A stretch of 61,483 bases of DNA, the filler included. It is 7 parts of 7 records of this genome, joined end to end, with 100 filler letters (N's around TTAATTAATTAA, not from the genome) between each part and the next. Parts side by side here need not be neighbours in the genome. Positions count along the whole stretch, not along the records: positions 20,582 to 25,687 come from SRR31156797_16922; positions 25,788 to 32,771 come from SRR31156797_16924; 5 more parts are not named here. One strand, 5' to 3'. The position numbers and the translations under genes are program-made. Below, one piece after another: positions 21,828 through 32,871 of this stretch; within the stretch, counting starts at the first letter, position 1, and the number at the start of each line of letters is the position of its first letter. The notes below the pieces were generated by a model. That model worked only from the letters and a program-made list of their open reading frames with translations, made no database searches and was not told where the DNA came from.

Positions 21828-22784
21828 ATGAGATCGTTTATAATTATTGCCAATATTTTGCTATTGGTGGTATGCGGTCGCTGTCCTTTTACATCTATGG
21901 CCTTCGCCGGACCCCTGGAAGTAAATATAGAAGAATTGGCTGAATCGGATCGGGCGTCAACATTGATATATGGACGGGTCAGCGAAAGACCGAAAAAGCA
22001 CTACAAGCGATATCCGCTCCTTTTGGAATACGTGGTCCAACGAATGAGCGATTTGGGTATTAAACAATACGCGATCCGGTTCGCCAGAAACAATCAGGAA
22101 ATGCTTGAGTTCGTTAAAACAGGCCAAATAGACTGGCTTTCGGAAACCGTGTTTTCAGCTTTACATTTTACAGGGGATGCCGATGCGGAAATTCTTGTTC
22201 GGCGGTGGAAAAAAGGCGTCCCCAATTACCATACCGTTTTCATTACCAGGCGCGACAGCGGGATTACAAGCCTGGCAAATCTAGCTGGAAAAAAAATCGC
22301 CTTTGAAGATCCCGGCTCTACGTCAAGTTTCTATATTCCTGTATCGATCTTAAAGGGCTTCGGCTACGAACTGATCCAATTAACAAATCCATGGGCCGAC
22401 GTTCCGCCGGACAAGATCGGCTATGTCTTTACTCGTGGTGAGCTTAACATTTCTACATTTGTCCACAAAAAAATATCCAATCTGGGCGCATATTCCAACC
22501 TGGATTGGGATAACGAAAATGACACTCCTGTCGCGATAAGAAAAGATCTGACCATCATCCATCAATCAAACGATATCCCGCGCGCTCTGGAACTTGTCAG
22601 GGGAAACCTGCCTGAACCTGTAAAACTAAGATTGCTTGAAATACTTTTGAACATTCATGATGATCCGGATGCAAAGGAAGCGCTTAAGGCATACGGTAAA
22701 ACAACGCGTTTCGATCGAATTCAAGGGTCGGTCCTGAAAGAAGTCGAAGACGCAGAAAAAATGCTTAAAATGTTTAAGGATTAA
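21828..22784 (+). CDS. Phosphate/phosphite/phosphonate-type (PhnD-like) periplasmic binding protein
   Basis: Signal peptide from ATG 21828 (AGGAG SD); YHTVFITRRDSGITSLANLAGKKIAFEDPGSTSSFYIP motif. Confidence 0.85.
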   Translation: MRSFIIIANILLLVVCGRCPFTSMAFAGPLEVNIEELAESDRASTLIYGRVSERPKKHYKRYPLLLEYVVQRMSDLGIKQYAIRFARNNQEMLEFVKTGQIDWLSETVFSALHFTGDADAEILVRRWKKGVPNYHTVFITRRDSGITSLANLAGKKIAFEDPGSTSSFYIPVSILKGFGYELIQLTNPWADVPPDKIGYVFTRGELNISTFVHKKISNLGAYSNLDWDNENDTPVAIRKDLTIIHQSNDIPRALELVRGNLPEPVKLRLLEILLNIHDDPDAKEALKAYGKTTRFDRIQGSVLKEVEDAEKMLKMFKD

Positions 22785-22790
22785 CGAACG

Positions 22791-25535
22791 ATGCGACTAC
22801 ATGTCAGATACTCCCTGATCATGTTGGCATTGGTGTTCACCAGCATGACCTGTTTGGCCGGCGTTTTGTTTTTGTATTACCGGTCCTCAATGGAAAATAC
22901 ATACGATACGGCCTCAAAAGTAATGTCCTCAGCCCTGTATAAACAGATGGAGCTTAAAGGGAAGGCAATAGCGAATACTTTATCCGAGCACTTGACCAAT
23001 CCTTTTTATCATTATGATATGGAAACTATTTATGAACTGTTAAAAGGCATTAAACAGAATGAAGATGTTGCCCATGTTTGCATTTTTAACAATGACGGGA
23101 TTGTTGTTCATGACGGCACTAAGAAGCTAAGCAGTTATAACAAAAAACTCGAAAATGAAATTGTCGCCGAAACTCTTAATAAAAAAAAGACCATGTTGAA
23201 ATTCACAACCAACTATATGGACATCGCGGCGCCGATTAAGTTTGGCGAACATCAACTTGGCGGCCTTTTAATCAGGTTTTCCCTGAAAACAATTACCGAT
23301 GATGTTGGAAACGCCACTCGGAGTTTGAGTGTTATTGGATTCATGGGCGAAAAAAAGATCATCTGGGGCACCGTCTTTGTTACGCTTTTCTTTTCCTTAA
23401 TCGGGCTGATTCTGGCTTATTTGGTGGCAGGCGCTTTTGCCAGGCCAATTAACCTTCTTTCCAGGTTAACAACCCGAATAGGGCGCGGTGAATACGACCT
23501 GGATATACCAATAAAGAGAAAGGATGAAATTGGCAACCTGACTCAGGCCTTTTTACGCATGGCCGAGGACTTGAAAAAGACAACAACTTCAATATCAAAT
23601 TATAATAAGGAGATTGAAGAGCGTAGACGGGTGGAGGAGGAACTCAGGGAGAGCGAGGGGCGCTTCGTTAATTTCACCGATCATATGCCCGCCCTGGCTT
23701 TTATGAAGAATGAAGACGGGCGCTACATTTTTGCTAATAAAGCCTATAAGAAAATTCTGGGCGTCGACCCTGAGGACAGAATTGGAAAGACGGACCAGGA
23801 ACTCTGGCCGGCCGAAATTGCCGCGGTCTTACAGGAAAACGATCGTCAAGTCTTCCTGCAGTCAAGAACTATTGAAGTTGTAGAAAACGTTGAGGACGCA
23901 GAAGGCCGGAAACGCATCCAACTGGCCTACAAATTCCCGATTTTCAGGGAAGGAAAACCGACTATCATGGGCGGCGTGGCTTTGGACATCACCGACTATC
24001 TTCGAACCGAGGAAAACCTCAAGGAAAGTGAAGAAAGATACTACCGAATATTGGAAGCGTCTCCGGATCCTATAGTGCTATACGACATGTTGGGCCAGGT
24101 CATCTACATCAATCCGGCTTTCACTGTCGTTTTTGGATGGACGTTGGAAGAGATCTTCGGTCATAAGGTGGATTTTGTTCCTGATGAAGCCCTGCCTGAA
24201 ACCTTGAAGCGAATTGAAATGGTTAAACGCGGCCAAAACTTCCACGGTTTTGAGACGCGTCGCTATACCAAGGACGGAAATATCCTTGATATTAATATGA
24301 GCGCCGCCGTATGGCGGGATAGCCGCGGTGTTCCGGCGGGCAGCGTCATTATTCTGCGCGATGTTACCGAACAAAGGAAAACTGAAGCGCAGCTCAGGCA
24401 ATCCCAAAAAATGGAAGCTATCGGCACGCTCGCCGGCGGCGTCGCCCATGATTTTAACAATTTGCTTCAGGCTATCAGCGGCTACACACAAATAATGCTG
24501 TCGGATCAAACGAGAGATAAAGCCGATTGCCGAAAATTGAATGAGATCCAAAAAGCTTGTGAAAGCGCGGAACGGCTCATCAGGCAGCTTCTTACCTTTA
24601 GCCGCAAGATGGATAGCCGTCTTCGCCCTGTTGATATCAACCAGGAAATCAGGCAAGTCATCAAGCTATTGGAAAGAACCATCCCCAGAATGATAGATAT
24701 AAAAATAAACCTGTCCGATGATTTGAAAACAGTAAGCGCGGACGCGATTCAGATTGAGCAGATCTTGATGAATTTAGGGGTCAATGCCCGGGACTCCATG
24801 CCCGACGGGGGCAGTTTGATCATCGAAACCAAAAATGTTGTTTTAGATGAGGAATACTGCCGCCTCCATTTGGGGGCAAATCCAGGAGAATATGTCCTCA
24901 TCGCCGTCTCGGACACAGGTCACGGCATGGAAAAAGAAACGATTGAACATATTTTCGAACCATTTTTTACTACCAAGGAAACAGGTAAAGGAACGGGTTT
25001 GGGACTGGCCATGGTCTATGGAATAATAGAGAACCATAAAGGTTACATCACTTGCTACAGCGAGATTGGCTTAGGGACGTCATTCAAAATTTACTTGCCT
25101 GCCATTGAACAACAGGCGGAAATCATTTCTCCGGATTCAATAAAAACCTCTCTGGCAGGGGGGAATGAAACTGTTCTTATAGTTGATGATGAAGAGTTTA
25201 TCAGGGATATTGCTTACGAGATGCTGAATGGCCATGGATATACAATTATTTCTGCTTCAAGCGGCGAGGATGCTCTTGACTATTACAACAGGCATGGGAA
25301 AGAGGTGAACTTGGTAATCCTAGACCTGGGAATGCCAGGAATGGGGGGACATAAATGCCTGGAAGAACTTCTGAGGCTTAACCCAAAAGCGAAAATCATC
25401 ATCGCCAGCGGCTATTCCTACGATAGTCAAATGAATAAAACTCTGGAATCAGGCGCATCCGGTTTTGTCGGCAAGCCGTTTCAAATGGAGGATTTACTTA
25501 AAACTGTCCGGCGTGTGCTGGACGAAGTAAAATAA
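22791..25535 (+). CDS. Hybrid sensor kinase (2TM-HAMP-PAS-PAS-HisKA-HATPase-REC)
   Basis: HAMP ([12 protein letters not shown]), [40 protein letters not shown]-terminal LIVDDE...[10 protein letters not shown]. Confidence 0.95.
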   Translation: MRLHVRYSLIMLALVFTSMTCLAGVLFLYYRSSMENTYDTASKVMSSALYKQMELKGKAIANTLSEHLTNPFYHYDMETIYELLKGIKQNEDVAHVCIFNNDGIVVHDGTKKLSSYNKKLENEIVAETLNKKKTMLKFTTNYMDIAAPIKFGEHQLGGLLIRFSLKTITDDVGNATRSLSVIGFMGEKKIIWGTVFVTLFFSLIGLILAYLVAGAFARPINLLSRLTTRIGRGEYDLDIPIKRKDEIGNLTQAFLRMAEDLKKTTTSISNYNKEIEERRRVEEELRESEGRFVNFTDHMPALAFMKNEDGRYIFANKAYKKILGVDPEDRIGKTDQELWPAEIAAVLQENDRQVFLQSRTIEVVENVEDAEGRKRIQLAYKFPIFREGKPTIMGGVALDITDYLRTEENLKESEERYYRILEASPDPIVLYDMLGQVIYINPAFTVVFGWTLEEIFGHKVDFVPDEALPETLKRIEMVKRGQNFHGFETRRYTKDGNILDINMSAAVWRDSRGVPAGSVIILRDVTEQRKTEAQLRQSQKMEAIGTLAGGVAHDFNNLLQAISGYTQIMLSDQTRDKADCRKLNEIQKACESAERLIRQLLTFSRKMDSRLRPVDINQEIRQVIKLLERTIPRMIDIKINLSDDLKTVSADAIQIEQILMNLGVNARDSMPDGGSLIIETKNVVLDEEYCRLHLGANPGEYVLIAVSDTGHGMEKETIEHIFEPFFTTKETGKGTGLGLAMVYGIIENHKGYITCYSEIGLGTSFKIYLPAIEQQAEIISPDSIKTSLAGGNETVLIVDDEEFIRDIAYEMLNGHGYTIISASSGEDALDYYNRHGKEVNLVILDLGMPGMGGHKCLEELLRLNPKAKIIIASGYSYDSQMNKTLESGASGFVGKPFQMEDLLKTVRRVLDEVK

Positions 25536-25687
25536 CGGATTAATAAGTAATAATCCAAACCGCAATGGAATATTAGACGTTCACAGACGTCTGCTTTAGG
25601 CGACTAACCTTTTCTTAATCCGAATAAGAAGCGAGTTAAAAGAGTTGATAATTACATAGATTAAATACACCCCGCTTTTTACTGAAC

Positions 25688-25787
25688 NNNNNNNNNNNNN
25701 NNNNNNNNNNNNNNNNNNNNNNNNNNNNNNNTTAATTAATTAANNNNNNNNNNNNNNNNNNNNNNNNNNNNNNNNNNNNNNNNNNNN
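25688..25787. other. Artificial contig spacer
   Basis: N-run/TTAATTAATTAA/N-run. Confidence 0.99.
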
Positions 25788-28700
25788 CAACCCATTCCTC
25801 CTGTGCATTGCTTTACGGCGACAGCCAAAAAGAGCGTGCTGGAAGAACTCGGCAAACACTTCCACGAGGAACTGGGACAGGCGTTGAATCTGTATGAAGG
25901 GGGTATCGAACGGGAGAACCTATCTTTTGAGGTTATTCCGGTTTCCTCTTCCGAAAAGCTAGAGCGAACTCATGAAATTATTCAGGAGCATTTTAAAGCC
26001 AAGGACGAACCGGGAGGGATTATTGTCTATGCGGCCTTCCAAAAAACCACTGAAGCGATCAGAGATTTTTTAAACCATGAAGGCCTGGTTTCCGAGGCAT
26101 TTCATGCGGGAATGGAGGCAAACAACAAACGGGAGATTGTGGAGGACTTTCTTGCAGGAGAGATTTGTGTTATTTGCGCCACCAATGCCTTCGGCATGGG
26201 CATTGACAAAGAGAATGTCCGCCTGGTCCTTCATTACGACATGCCTGGATCACTGGAAAATTACATTCAGGAGGCCGGGCGGGCGGGTCGTGACTTTAGA
26301 CCGGCACGTTGTGTTCTTTTATACGACCAGGAGGATGCTAAGCATCAGTTCATGATCGGGGCGCTGTCCGAGGTCAGTTGCAAAGAAATAGCGCGAACGC
26401 TTCGGGCATTGCGGCGCAAGCAAAGAAACAAATACGGTGAGATTGTCGTTACCACGGATGAGTTGATTCGTGACGAGGATTGGGTAGACCTGAAAAACCT
26501 GAAGCCCGAGTTGAGAGATACGAAAATCAGGGCCTCTATCGCCTGGTTGGAGCGGGCGGGTTTTCTTAAGCGAAACCAAAACCTCACGGAGGCCTTTCAG
26601 GGTAAGCCGCTGGTGGACTCCCTGGAAGCGGCAGAAGGCAAACTGGCCCGACTCCACATTTCTTCCTATACAAAGGAACTTTGGCTGCGCATTCTGCAGA
26701 AGATGATCAACGGCCCGGATAATCGTGGGATCCGGGCCGACGAAATGGCCGAAGCGCTTTTTCCTGAAAAGAAAATGATACAGGCCATGGAACGGCAGAA
26801 GAGGCAGACGGCCGCGCAGATTGTCATTTCGGCACTGCATGATATGGCCGATGCCGGATTGATCGACAAAGGGCTCACCCTTTCGGCAACCTTTCGCCCG
26901 AAAGGTAAAAACAATGCACGAAAAATATTCCAAACCGTTTGTGAAATAGAGAACAGGCTGGTTGAACTATTGCGGATAGAAGATCCGGATGCCGAAAACG
27001 GGGAATGGGTAAACCTCGATATCCGACGTCTGAATCAAAAACTTACCAACGAAGACTATTCGACCAGCCCTGACGTTTTGAGGAAACTGATCAAAGGTAT
27101 ATCCTATGACGGCAAAGGCTTTGCCGCCTCGAAAGGCAGCTTCGAAATAGGCCATGTGGACCGGAACCGATACAGAATAAGGCTCAATCGAAATTGGCAA
27201 AGTGTAAGTAAAACAATTTTTCTCAGGCAAAATATCGCCGATGTAATACTGCGCAGACTGACGGAATTGGCAACCCTTCAGGCTGTAAAAAACGGACCCA
27301 AACTCATCGGAACGTTACAAATCACCTTTTCGAGCGATCAGCTTTCGGATGCAATCAAATCGGATTTGACACTGAGCGCTGGAGTAAAAAAAATACTACC
27401 GGCCATTGAGCGAGCACTTCTTTTTTTGCACGAGCAGCATGTGATCGAACTGCATAGTGGGTTGGCCGTTCTCCGGCAAGCCATGACACTGCGATTGGAA
27501 AAAACGGCAAAAGGCCGATACTATAATAAGGGAGACTACAAACCATTAGCAGTGCATTACCGTGAAAAGCGGTTTCAGGTTCATGTGATGATTCGCTACG
27601 CGACGCTGGGCCTGGAAAAAATCGCCCAGGCGTTAAGTCTGGTATTGGATTATTTTGCATTGGGCCGTGTGAAATTCATCAATAAATATTTCGATGGTGA
27701 CAAGGCGCTTCTGGACAAAGCCACAACCGCCGAATCTTACCGCATGATCGTCGAGAGCCTGCGCAACCCTCTCCAGACAGGTATCGTCGGTCGGCCGGTT
27801 GACGACAGCATGCTGATACTTGCCGGACCGGGTTCGGGGAAAACCACGGTAATCGTTCATCGCTGCGCTTATCTGCTGGAGGTGGAGCGGATACCGGCGC
27901 ACCAGATATTGGTGCTCTGTTTCAACCACAGCGCTGCCATGCTCTTGAAAAAAAGGTTGCGCAAGCTGGTGGGAAAAGTGGCCAACGCGGTGACGATTGC
28001 CACCTATCATGGTGTCGCCATGCGGCTGGCCGGAATTTCAATTCGTGATATGGCGGCGGCGCACAGCAAAGAGAACATCTCGTTTGACCGCATCATCCAG
28101 GACGCCGTCAAACTGCTCAATGGCGAAACGGATATTCCGGGCATAGAACCCGATGAACACCGGGACAGATTGCTGGCCGGCTACAGCCACATTCTAGTGG
28201 ATGAGTATCAAGATATCGACGCGGATCAGTATAACCTCGTATCGGCCATTGCCGGGAGATCTCATTCCGAGGAGGATGGTCGCCTAACGGTCCTGGCTGT
28301 GGGGGATGATGATCAGAATATCTATACCTTCCGTGGGGCAAATGTACGGTTTATTCAACAGTTTCAGACCGACTACAGTAATGAGGTCGCTTATCTGGTG
28401 GAGAATTACCGTTCCAGCAAACACATAATTTCCGCATCCAATGCATTAATCCGCACCAATCAGGACAGGATGAAAGGTAATTACCCGATTCGCGTCAACC
28501 TCGTACGACAGCATAGCAGCCCCGGTGGTCGATGGGAGCGCTTGGACCCTGTCAGTCAGGGCCGTGTCCAGGTCATTTCCGTTACAAGCCCGCTTCACCA
28601 GGCGAGATATGTAAAAGATGAAATTGATCGCATGCGGGGCCTCGATCCAAGCGCCCCGTGGAATGACTTCGCCGTTCTCAGCAGGACCAAGGCCCCTTTG

Positions 28701-29657
28701 GCGGCGGTGCGTTCGAATCTGGAAGACAGCGAATACCCAATCCGTACCACATTACAAAAAGGACTTCCTTTTCATCGCGTTAGAGAAATTCACGGTGTAC
28801 TGGACTGGCTTTCAAAAAGAGAGAAAGAGAATCTTCGAGCATCTCAATTTATAGACATGCTGGAAGAAATCCGCAATGGTAAAAACCAAAACATCTGGTG
28901 GCAGTTAATCGACCTGTTTTTAGAAAACTACCGGGATGAAACGGCCGACAGTATCCTGCCGGTTGGCCGTGCCGTCGACCGCTTCTACGAGTTTACAGCG
29001 GAACAACGTCGGGAAAAGGTCATCGGACAAGGTATATTTCTCAGCACCATTCATTCCGCCAAGGGTATGGAATTTCCGCATGTGTTCATTCTGGACGGCG
29101 GTTGGTCAACTCGGAAGAGCAGGGCCGAATGGGAAGAGGAGCGACGTGTGATGTACGTCGGTATGACGCGTGCGGAGGAGACATTGCGACTCATGACTCT
29201 TCCCGGACGGCCCAATCCCTTTCTTAAGGAAATTCGAGGCGATTTCGCTGTATCCAAAATATATCAAGGGGCTTCCATAAGAAACAAAGGGATCGCCAAA
29301 AATTATGAATTAATCGGCTTGGACGAAATCTTTATGGATTTTGCCGGTTGTTTCCCGGACAACCAGAGCATACATCATCATCTTGCCAGCCTCGATGCCG
29401 GGCAGCAGGTTGCGTTTCATCGAAATCATCAGGCCTTGGAAGTACATAACGGTGCCGGTTGCTGTGTGGCCAAACTTTCACGAGAAGGTTCCGCCAAATG
29501 GATCCGGCGGTTGGATCGAATCATTGAATTGCGGGTTATAGCAATGTTGAGGCGGGGGCATAATGATCCCCAGGAAGGCTTTCGGAATCGAATCCAAGCA
29601 AATCATTGGGAATTGCCTGTGCTTGAAGCGGTTTATGTGTCGGTAGACGCAAACTGA
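25788..29657 (+). CDS. RecQ-family (SF2) helicase fused to UvrD/Rep (SF1) helicase, 5' truncated
   Basis: RecQ motifs FTATA, ATNAFGMGIDK, YIQEAGRAGRD. UvrD motifs AGPGSGKT, LVDEYQD, VGDDDQNIYTFRGA, ENYRS, TIHSAKGMEF, EERRVMYVGMTRA. Confidence 0.9.
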   Translation, partial: QPIPPVHCFTATAKKSVLEELGKHFHEELGQALNLYEGGIERENLSFEVIPVSSSEKLERTHEIIQEHFKAKDEPGGIIVYAAFQKTTEAIRDFLNHEGLVSEAFHAGMEANNKREIVEDFLAGEICVICATNAFGMGIDKENVRLVLHYDMPGSLENYIQEAGRAGRDFRPARCVLLYDQEDAKHQFMIGALSEVSCKEIARTLRALRRKQRNKYGEIVVTTDELIRDEDWVDLKNLKPELRDTKIRASIAWLERAGFLKRNQNLTEAFQGKPLVDSLEAAEGKLARLHISSYTKELWLRILQKMINGPDNRGIRADEMAEALFPEKKMIQAMERQKRQTAAQIVISALHDMADAGLIDKGLTLSATFRPKGKNNARKIFQTVCEIENRLVELLRIEDPDAENGEWVNLDIRRLNQKLTNEDYSTSPDVLRKLIKGISYDGKGFAASKGSFEIGHVDRNRYRIRLNRNWQSVSKTIFLRQNIADVILRRLTELATLQAVKNGPKLIGTLQITFSSDQLSDAIKSDLTLSAGVKKILPAIERALLFLHEQHVIELHSGLAVLRQAMTLRLEKTAKGRYYNKGDYKPLAVHYREKRFQVHVMIRYATLGLEKIAQALSLVLDYFALGRVKFINKYFDGDKALLDKATTAESYRMIVESLRNPLQTGIVGRPVDDSMLILAGPGSGKTTVIVHRCAYLLEVERIPAHQILVLCFNHSAAMLLKKRLRKLVGKVANAVTIATYHGVAMRLAGISIRDMAAAHSKENISFDRIIQDAVKLLNGETDIPGIEPDEHRDRLLAGYSHILVDEYQDIDADQYNLVSAIAGRSHSEEDGRLTVLAVGDDDQNIYTFRGANVRFIQQFQTDYSNEVAYLVENYRSSKHIISASNALIRTNQDRMKGNYPIRVNLVRQHSSPGGRWERLDPVSQGRVQVISVTSPLHQARYVKDEIDRMRGLDPSAPWNDFAVLSRTKAPLAAVRSNLEDSEYPIRTTLQKGLPFHRVREIHGVLDWLSKREKENLRASQFIDMLEEIRNGKNQNIWWQLIDLFLENYRDETADSILPVGRAVDRFYEFTAEQRREKVIGQGIFLSTIHSAKGMEFPHVFILDGGWSTRKSRAEWEEERRVMYVGMTRAEETLRLMTLPGRPNPFLKEIRGDFAVSKIYQGASIRNKGIAKNYELIGLDEIFMDFAGCFPDNQSIHHHLASLDAGQQVAFHRNHQALEVHNGAGCCVAKLSREGSAKWIRRLDRIIELRVIAMLRRGHNDPQEGFRNRIQANHWELPVLEAVYVSVDAN

Positions 29658-30643
29658 CAATACAGCCGGGGCCGAGGTTGTCGTCGTGTGCCCGGACCTG
29701 GCCGCCCATGGCAAGGAAAGTTTTTAATCTGTGGTATGCTGAAACTGGATTGCAGGAATGGAAAAAGGTAAAACCATTTTTTTTTCTTGGACGATCTCCG
29801 TTTCTTTCCAGGACATTTCGGGCGCTGCCTACATATCTCCGGGGGGCTATCGCCAACTATATCTCTACGGAAATCACGATAAATTTTACTGTTCCAGATT
29901 TGCTCAAAAGGTGTCTCCATAAGATTGCCAAAGTTGAACCTTCTTCGATCAGATTTATATCAACACGGTGTGACGTATCCATCCCACGTTGCATATGGCC
30001 AAATCCACGGGTATACACACGGGTTCGAATCGTCGTCTGCGTAGCTAAACCGCTGATTCCTGACACTCGCGTATTGTATTATGTCTTCTAGCGCTTCGTC
30101 CGAAAGGCCGAAAGATGAAGTTGCCTTTTTATGGGCGAAGTCAGCATTGATCACCCGCGCTGAAACGCGATCAATTCCCATATCGAAGGCCAAGTCGATA
30201 GTGCGTTATAGTTCACCCCTGTTTCGTTCCTGCAGCGTGATATTCAAGAAAGGTTCGCCTAATCCAGTCCTCAGCAAACCTGTCTGGACTTGGTGTGATC
30301 CAAGAAGGTAAGGAAACTGATTCAATATTTCTTTGAACATGTCGAAGGACATGGTCCCAAGATTCAGGTCGGAGGTATAGGTTCTATCACACGTAGTGCA
30401 TTTTAGATTGGATGCAGTTGTAGGTTCGATGTCTAGCGAGATTGGCGCGTTTCTGACAAAAATGGGCTTCCGGAAGGCAACCATGCATACCTTCAGGTAG
30501 TTCAACGAACGTCGCGGATGCCTTGTGCTGTCCTTGGCGATGAGAGAAAAAAGTGGCGTAAATCGTTTCACAAGTGGTGTGAGTATTTTCAAGCAAAAGA
30601 TCTCGCAATCAGTATTTGGTTGCAAAAAGAGTGATCCTGTCAT
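29633..30643 (-). pseudogene. Degraded radical SAM/SPASM gene
   Basis: Three ORFs (30206-30643, 29960-30193, 29633-29920) share one frame, broken by TAA (30206-30208) and TGA (29960-29962). IEPTTASNLKCTTC has lost the first Cys, the region after GLGEPFLN appears deleted, and SPASM remnants (CVYPW...DGYVTPC, FGNLMETPFEQIWNS..YRDFR) remain. Confidence 0.75.
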
Positions 30644-30735
30644 CTTTGCTTAGTTGATTTCAGGCGATTAACAAGCTCGTAGAAAAACTCTTATTAAGAA
30701 AATTTGAAAGTCTTTTTCAACTATAAACACTATCA

Positions 30736-31113
30736 TCAACCTTTTCCAATGAGGCATATCCCCAACACGATAAGCAAACAACCAAACATTTTTTCATAAT
30801 TCATCGTCTCATTAAAAAAGAAAAAGCTTAACAATACGACAAATACAAAATTCAATCCCATAAATGGATAAGCATAGCTGATCTCGAACTTCGTCATTGC
30901 CGCCATCCAAAAAAGCGAAGCCGCGAAAGCTGCAACAAATCCAGAAAAAATAAACGGATCAAATAGCAATGCCATTAAAAATTTTATTTTAGCAAAGAAA
31001 TCTTGGGGTAAAATACCATAATTTTTAATGCGCCATTTCAAAATTAGCTGACCGTAGACCGTGAACAGTATTGTGCCGGCAATATAAGAATGTCCCAAAA
31101 TGCTTTCCCTCAA
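30736..31113 (-). CDS. SMR/EamA-family 4-TM transporter (ArnE/F-like flippase subunit)
   Basis: TVYGQLILK, FWMAAMTKFEISYAYPFMGLNFV, FFFNE...LIVLGI. Confidence 0.8.
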   Translation of the reverse strand: MRESILGHSYIAGTILFTVYGQLILKWRIKNYGILPQDFFAKIKFLMALLFDPFIFSGFVAAFAASLFWMAAMTKFEISYAYPFMGLNFVFVVLLSFFFFNETMNYEKMFGCLLIVLGICLIGKG

Positions 31114-31151
31114 TTCTTAAATGAAACTGTCTAACGGATTACAGCCATTTT

Positions 31152-32507
31152 TTATTTTATCATTTGTGAGATTTCATGGGCCAATTCTACCGCTTGAGCG
31201 GCATTCAGCCTGGGATCGCAATGTGTTTCGTAGACTCTTTCAAGGTCCTCGTACTGTAATCTTTGACTTCCACCAACACACTCGGTTACATCATCACTGG
31301 TTAATTCCAGATGAACCCCACCGGCTATCGTCCCCTCTGCTTTATGAATATCAAAAAAATGTTTTAGCTCCCCAATGATGTCAGCAAATTTCCGGGTTTT
31401 TATAGAGCTTCGGGTTTTGTAGGTGTTTCCGTGCATGGGATCACAACACCATACCAGGTTGAACCCTTCCTTTTTCATCTCCCGCAATAGTGGCGGAAGA
31501 AATGTTTCAATGTTACCATTACCGAACCGTGTGATCAAAGTCAGGCGGCCAGGCTGGTTTTTGGGGTTCAGTTTCGTGATAATGCTTTTGAGATCATCAT
31601 GATCGTGCTCCGGGCCTATTTTCATTCCCAAAGGATTGCCTACTCCCCTGAGGAATTCAACATGAGCTCCGTATGGCTGACGCGTGCGATCACCAAGCCA
31701 TAGCATATGGGCACTTGTATCATAGCAGACGCCTGTTGCCGTATCGATCCGCGTCAACGCTTCCTCATACTCAAGCAAAAGGGCCTCATGTGATGTAAAG
31801 AGCATCCTTTTATTCAATTCCGGCGCCTCAGTATCAACTCCCATGGCAGACATGAATTTGATTGCCTTGTGGATATCCTGCGACATTTTCTCATAATCGG
31901 GATTCATCGGAAATCTGTCGCAGAAATCTTCATGCCAGGCGCGTACCTGCTCCAAAGAGGCATATCCACCCTGGGTAAACGCTCTCAGCAGGTTAAGGGT
32001 CGCCGCAGCTCTGAAATACCCTTTCATAACCCTTTCCGGATCAGGTTTTCTGTCTTTCAAGGTCGGCTGATGGCAGTTCACCATATCACCGCGATAACTC
32101 GGCAGAACCAAGCCGTTGACATCTTCTGTTAGGGAAGATCTGGGCTTGGCATATTGGCCGCAGATCCGGCCTATGGTAATGATTTTCTTTTCTCCAACGT
32201 ATGTCAGCACAATTGCCATTTGCAGGACCAACTTCAAAAGTGCATGTATCCTTGGACCGTTACAATCCGAGAATTTTTCAGCACAATCTCCGCACTGCAG
32301 AACAAACTGTTCACCCTGGACCGCCCCGGACAACTTGTTCTCGAGGTCGCGGGTTTCGCCAGCAAAAACCAGAGCCGGAAGGGTGGCGAGGGTTTTAAAC
32401 ACCCTTTCCTTGCCTTCTGTGTCAGGCCATTCCGGCTGTTGAAGGATGGGGAAAGATCGCCAGCTTTTTTTAGACCATTGGCCGGTATTTATTGGTTTTG
32501 GAATCAT
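31152..32507 (-). CDS. Class II DAHP synthase (3-deoxy-7-phosphoheptulonate synthase)
   Basis: LQCGDCAEKF, GRICGQYAKPRS, PSYRGDMVN, TSHEALLLEYE, WLGDRTRQ, CDPMHGNT, GGVHLELT, YETHCDPRLN. Confidence 0.95.
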   Translation of the reverse strand: MIPKPINTGQWSKKSWRSFPILQQPEWPDTEGKERVFKTLATLPALVFAGETRDLENKLSGAVQGEQFVLQCGDCAEKFSDCNGPRIHALLKLVLQMAIVLTYVGEKKIITIGRICGQYAKPRSSLTEDVNGLVLPSYRGDMVNCHQPTLKDRKPDPERVMKGYFRAAATLNLLRAFTQGGYASLEQVRAWHEDFCDRFPMNPDYEKMSQDIHKAIKFMSAMGVDTEAPELNKRMLFTSHEALLLEYEEALTRIDTATGVCYDTSAHMLWLGDRTRQPYGAHVEFLRGVGNPLGMKIGPEHDHDDLKSIITKLNPKNQPGRLTLITRFGNGNIETFLPPLLREMKKEGFNLVWCCDPMHGNTYKTRSSIKTRKFADIIGELKHFFDIHKAEGTIAGGVHLELTSDDVTECVGGSQRLQYEDLERVYETHCDPRLNAAQAVELAHEISQMIK

Positions 32508-32771
32508 CTTTGCGTATCAAGAAAGAACATCACCGTTTCGGTAACGCCTTCCGTATAATGCCGCAGATAGATCTGGTAATCAGGGTGATATGAGAGAACC
32601 TGGTGCGGGATTTTCCACAGATCATCTCCTTTGTGATACACGCACACCGCCAGTCTGGGACGATGGGTCGTGATTGTTTTCCTGGCTCCGGTAAGCGCTT
32701 GCTTTTCCGCCCCCTCGATATCCATTTTTATGAATGTCGGTTTTGTTGAACCTGGCAGTACATCATCCAAA
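32504..32771 (-). CDS. FkbM-family methyltransferase, C-terminal part (5' truncated)
   Basis: PTFIKMDIEGAEKQALTGARKTI...PRLAVCVYHKGDDLW...YLRHY; ATGA overlap with the DAHP synthase gene. Confidence 0.85.
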
Positions 32772-32871
32772 NNNNNNNNNNNNNNNNNNNNNNNNNNNNN
32801 NNNNNNNNNNNNNNNTTAATTAATTAANNNNNNNNNNNNNNNNNNNNNNNNNNNNNNNNNNNNNNNNNNNN
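32772..32871. other. Artificial contig spacer
   Basis: N-run/TTAATTAATTAA/N-run. Confidence 0.99.
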
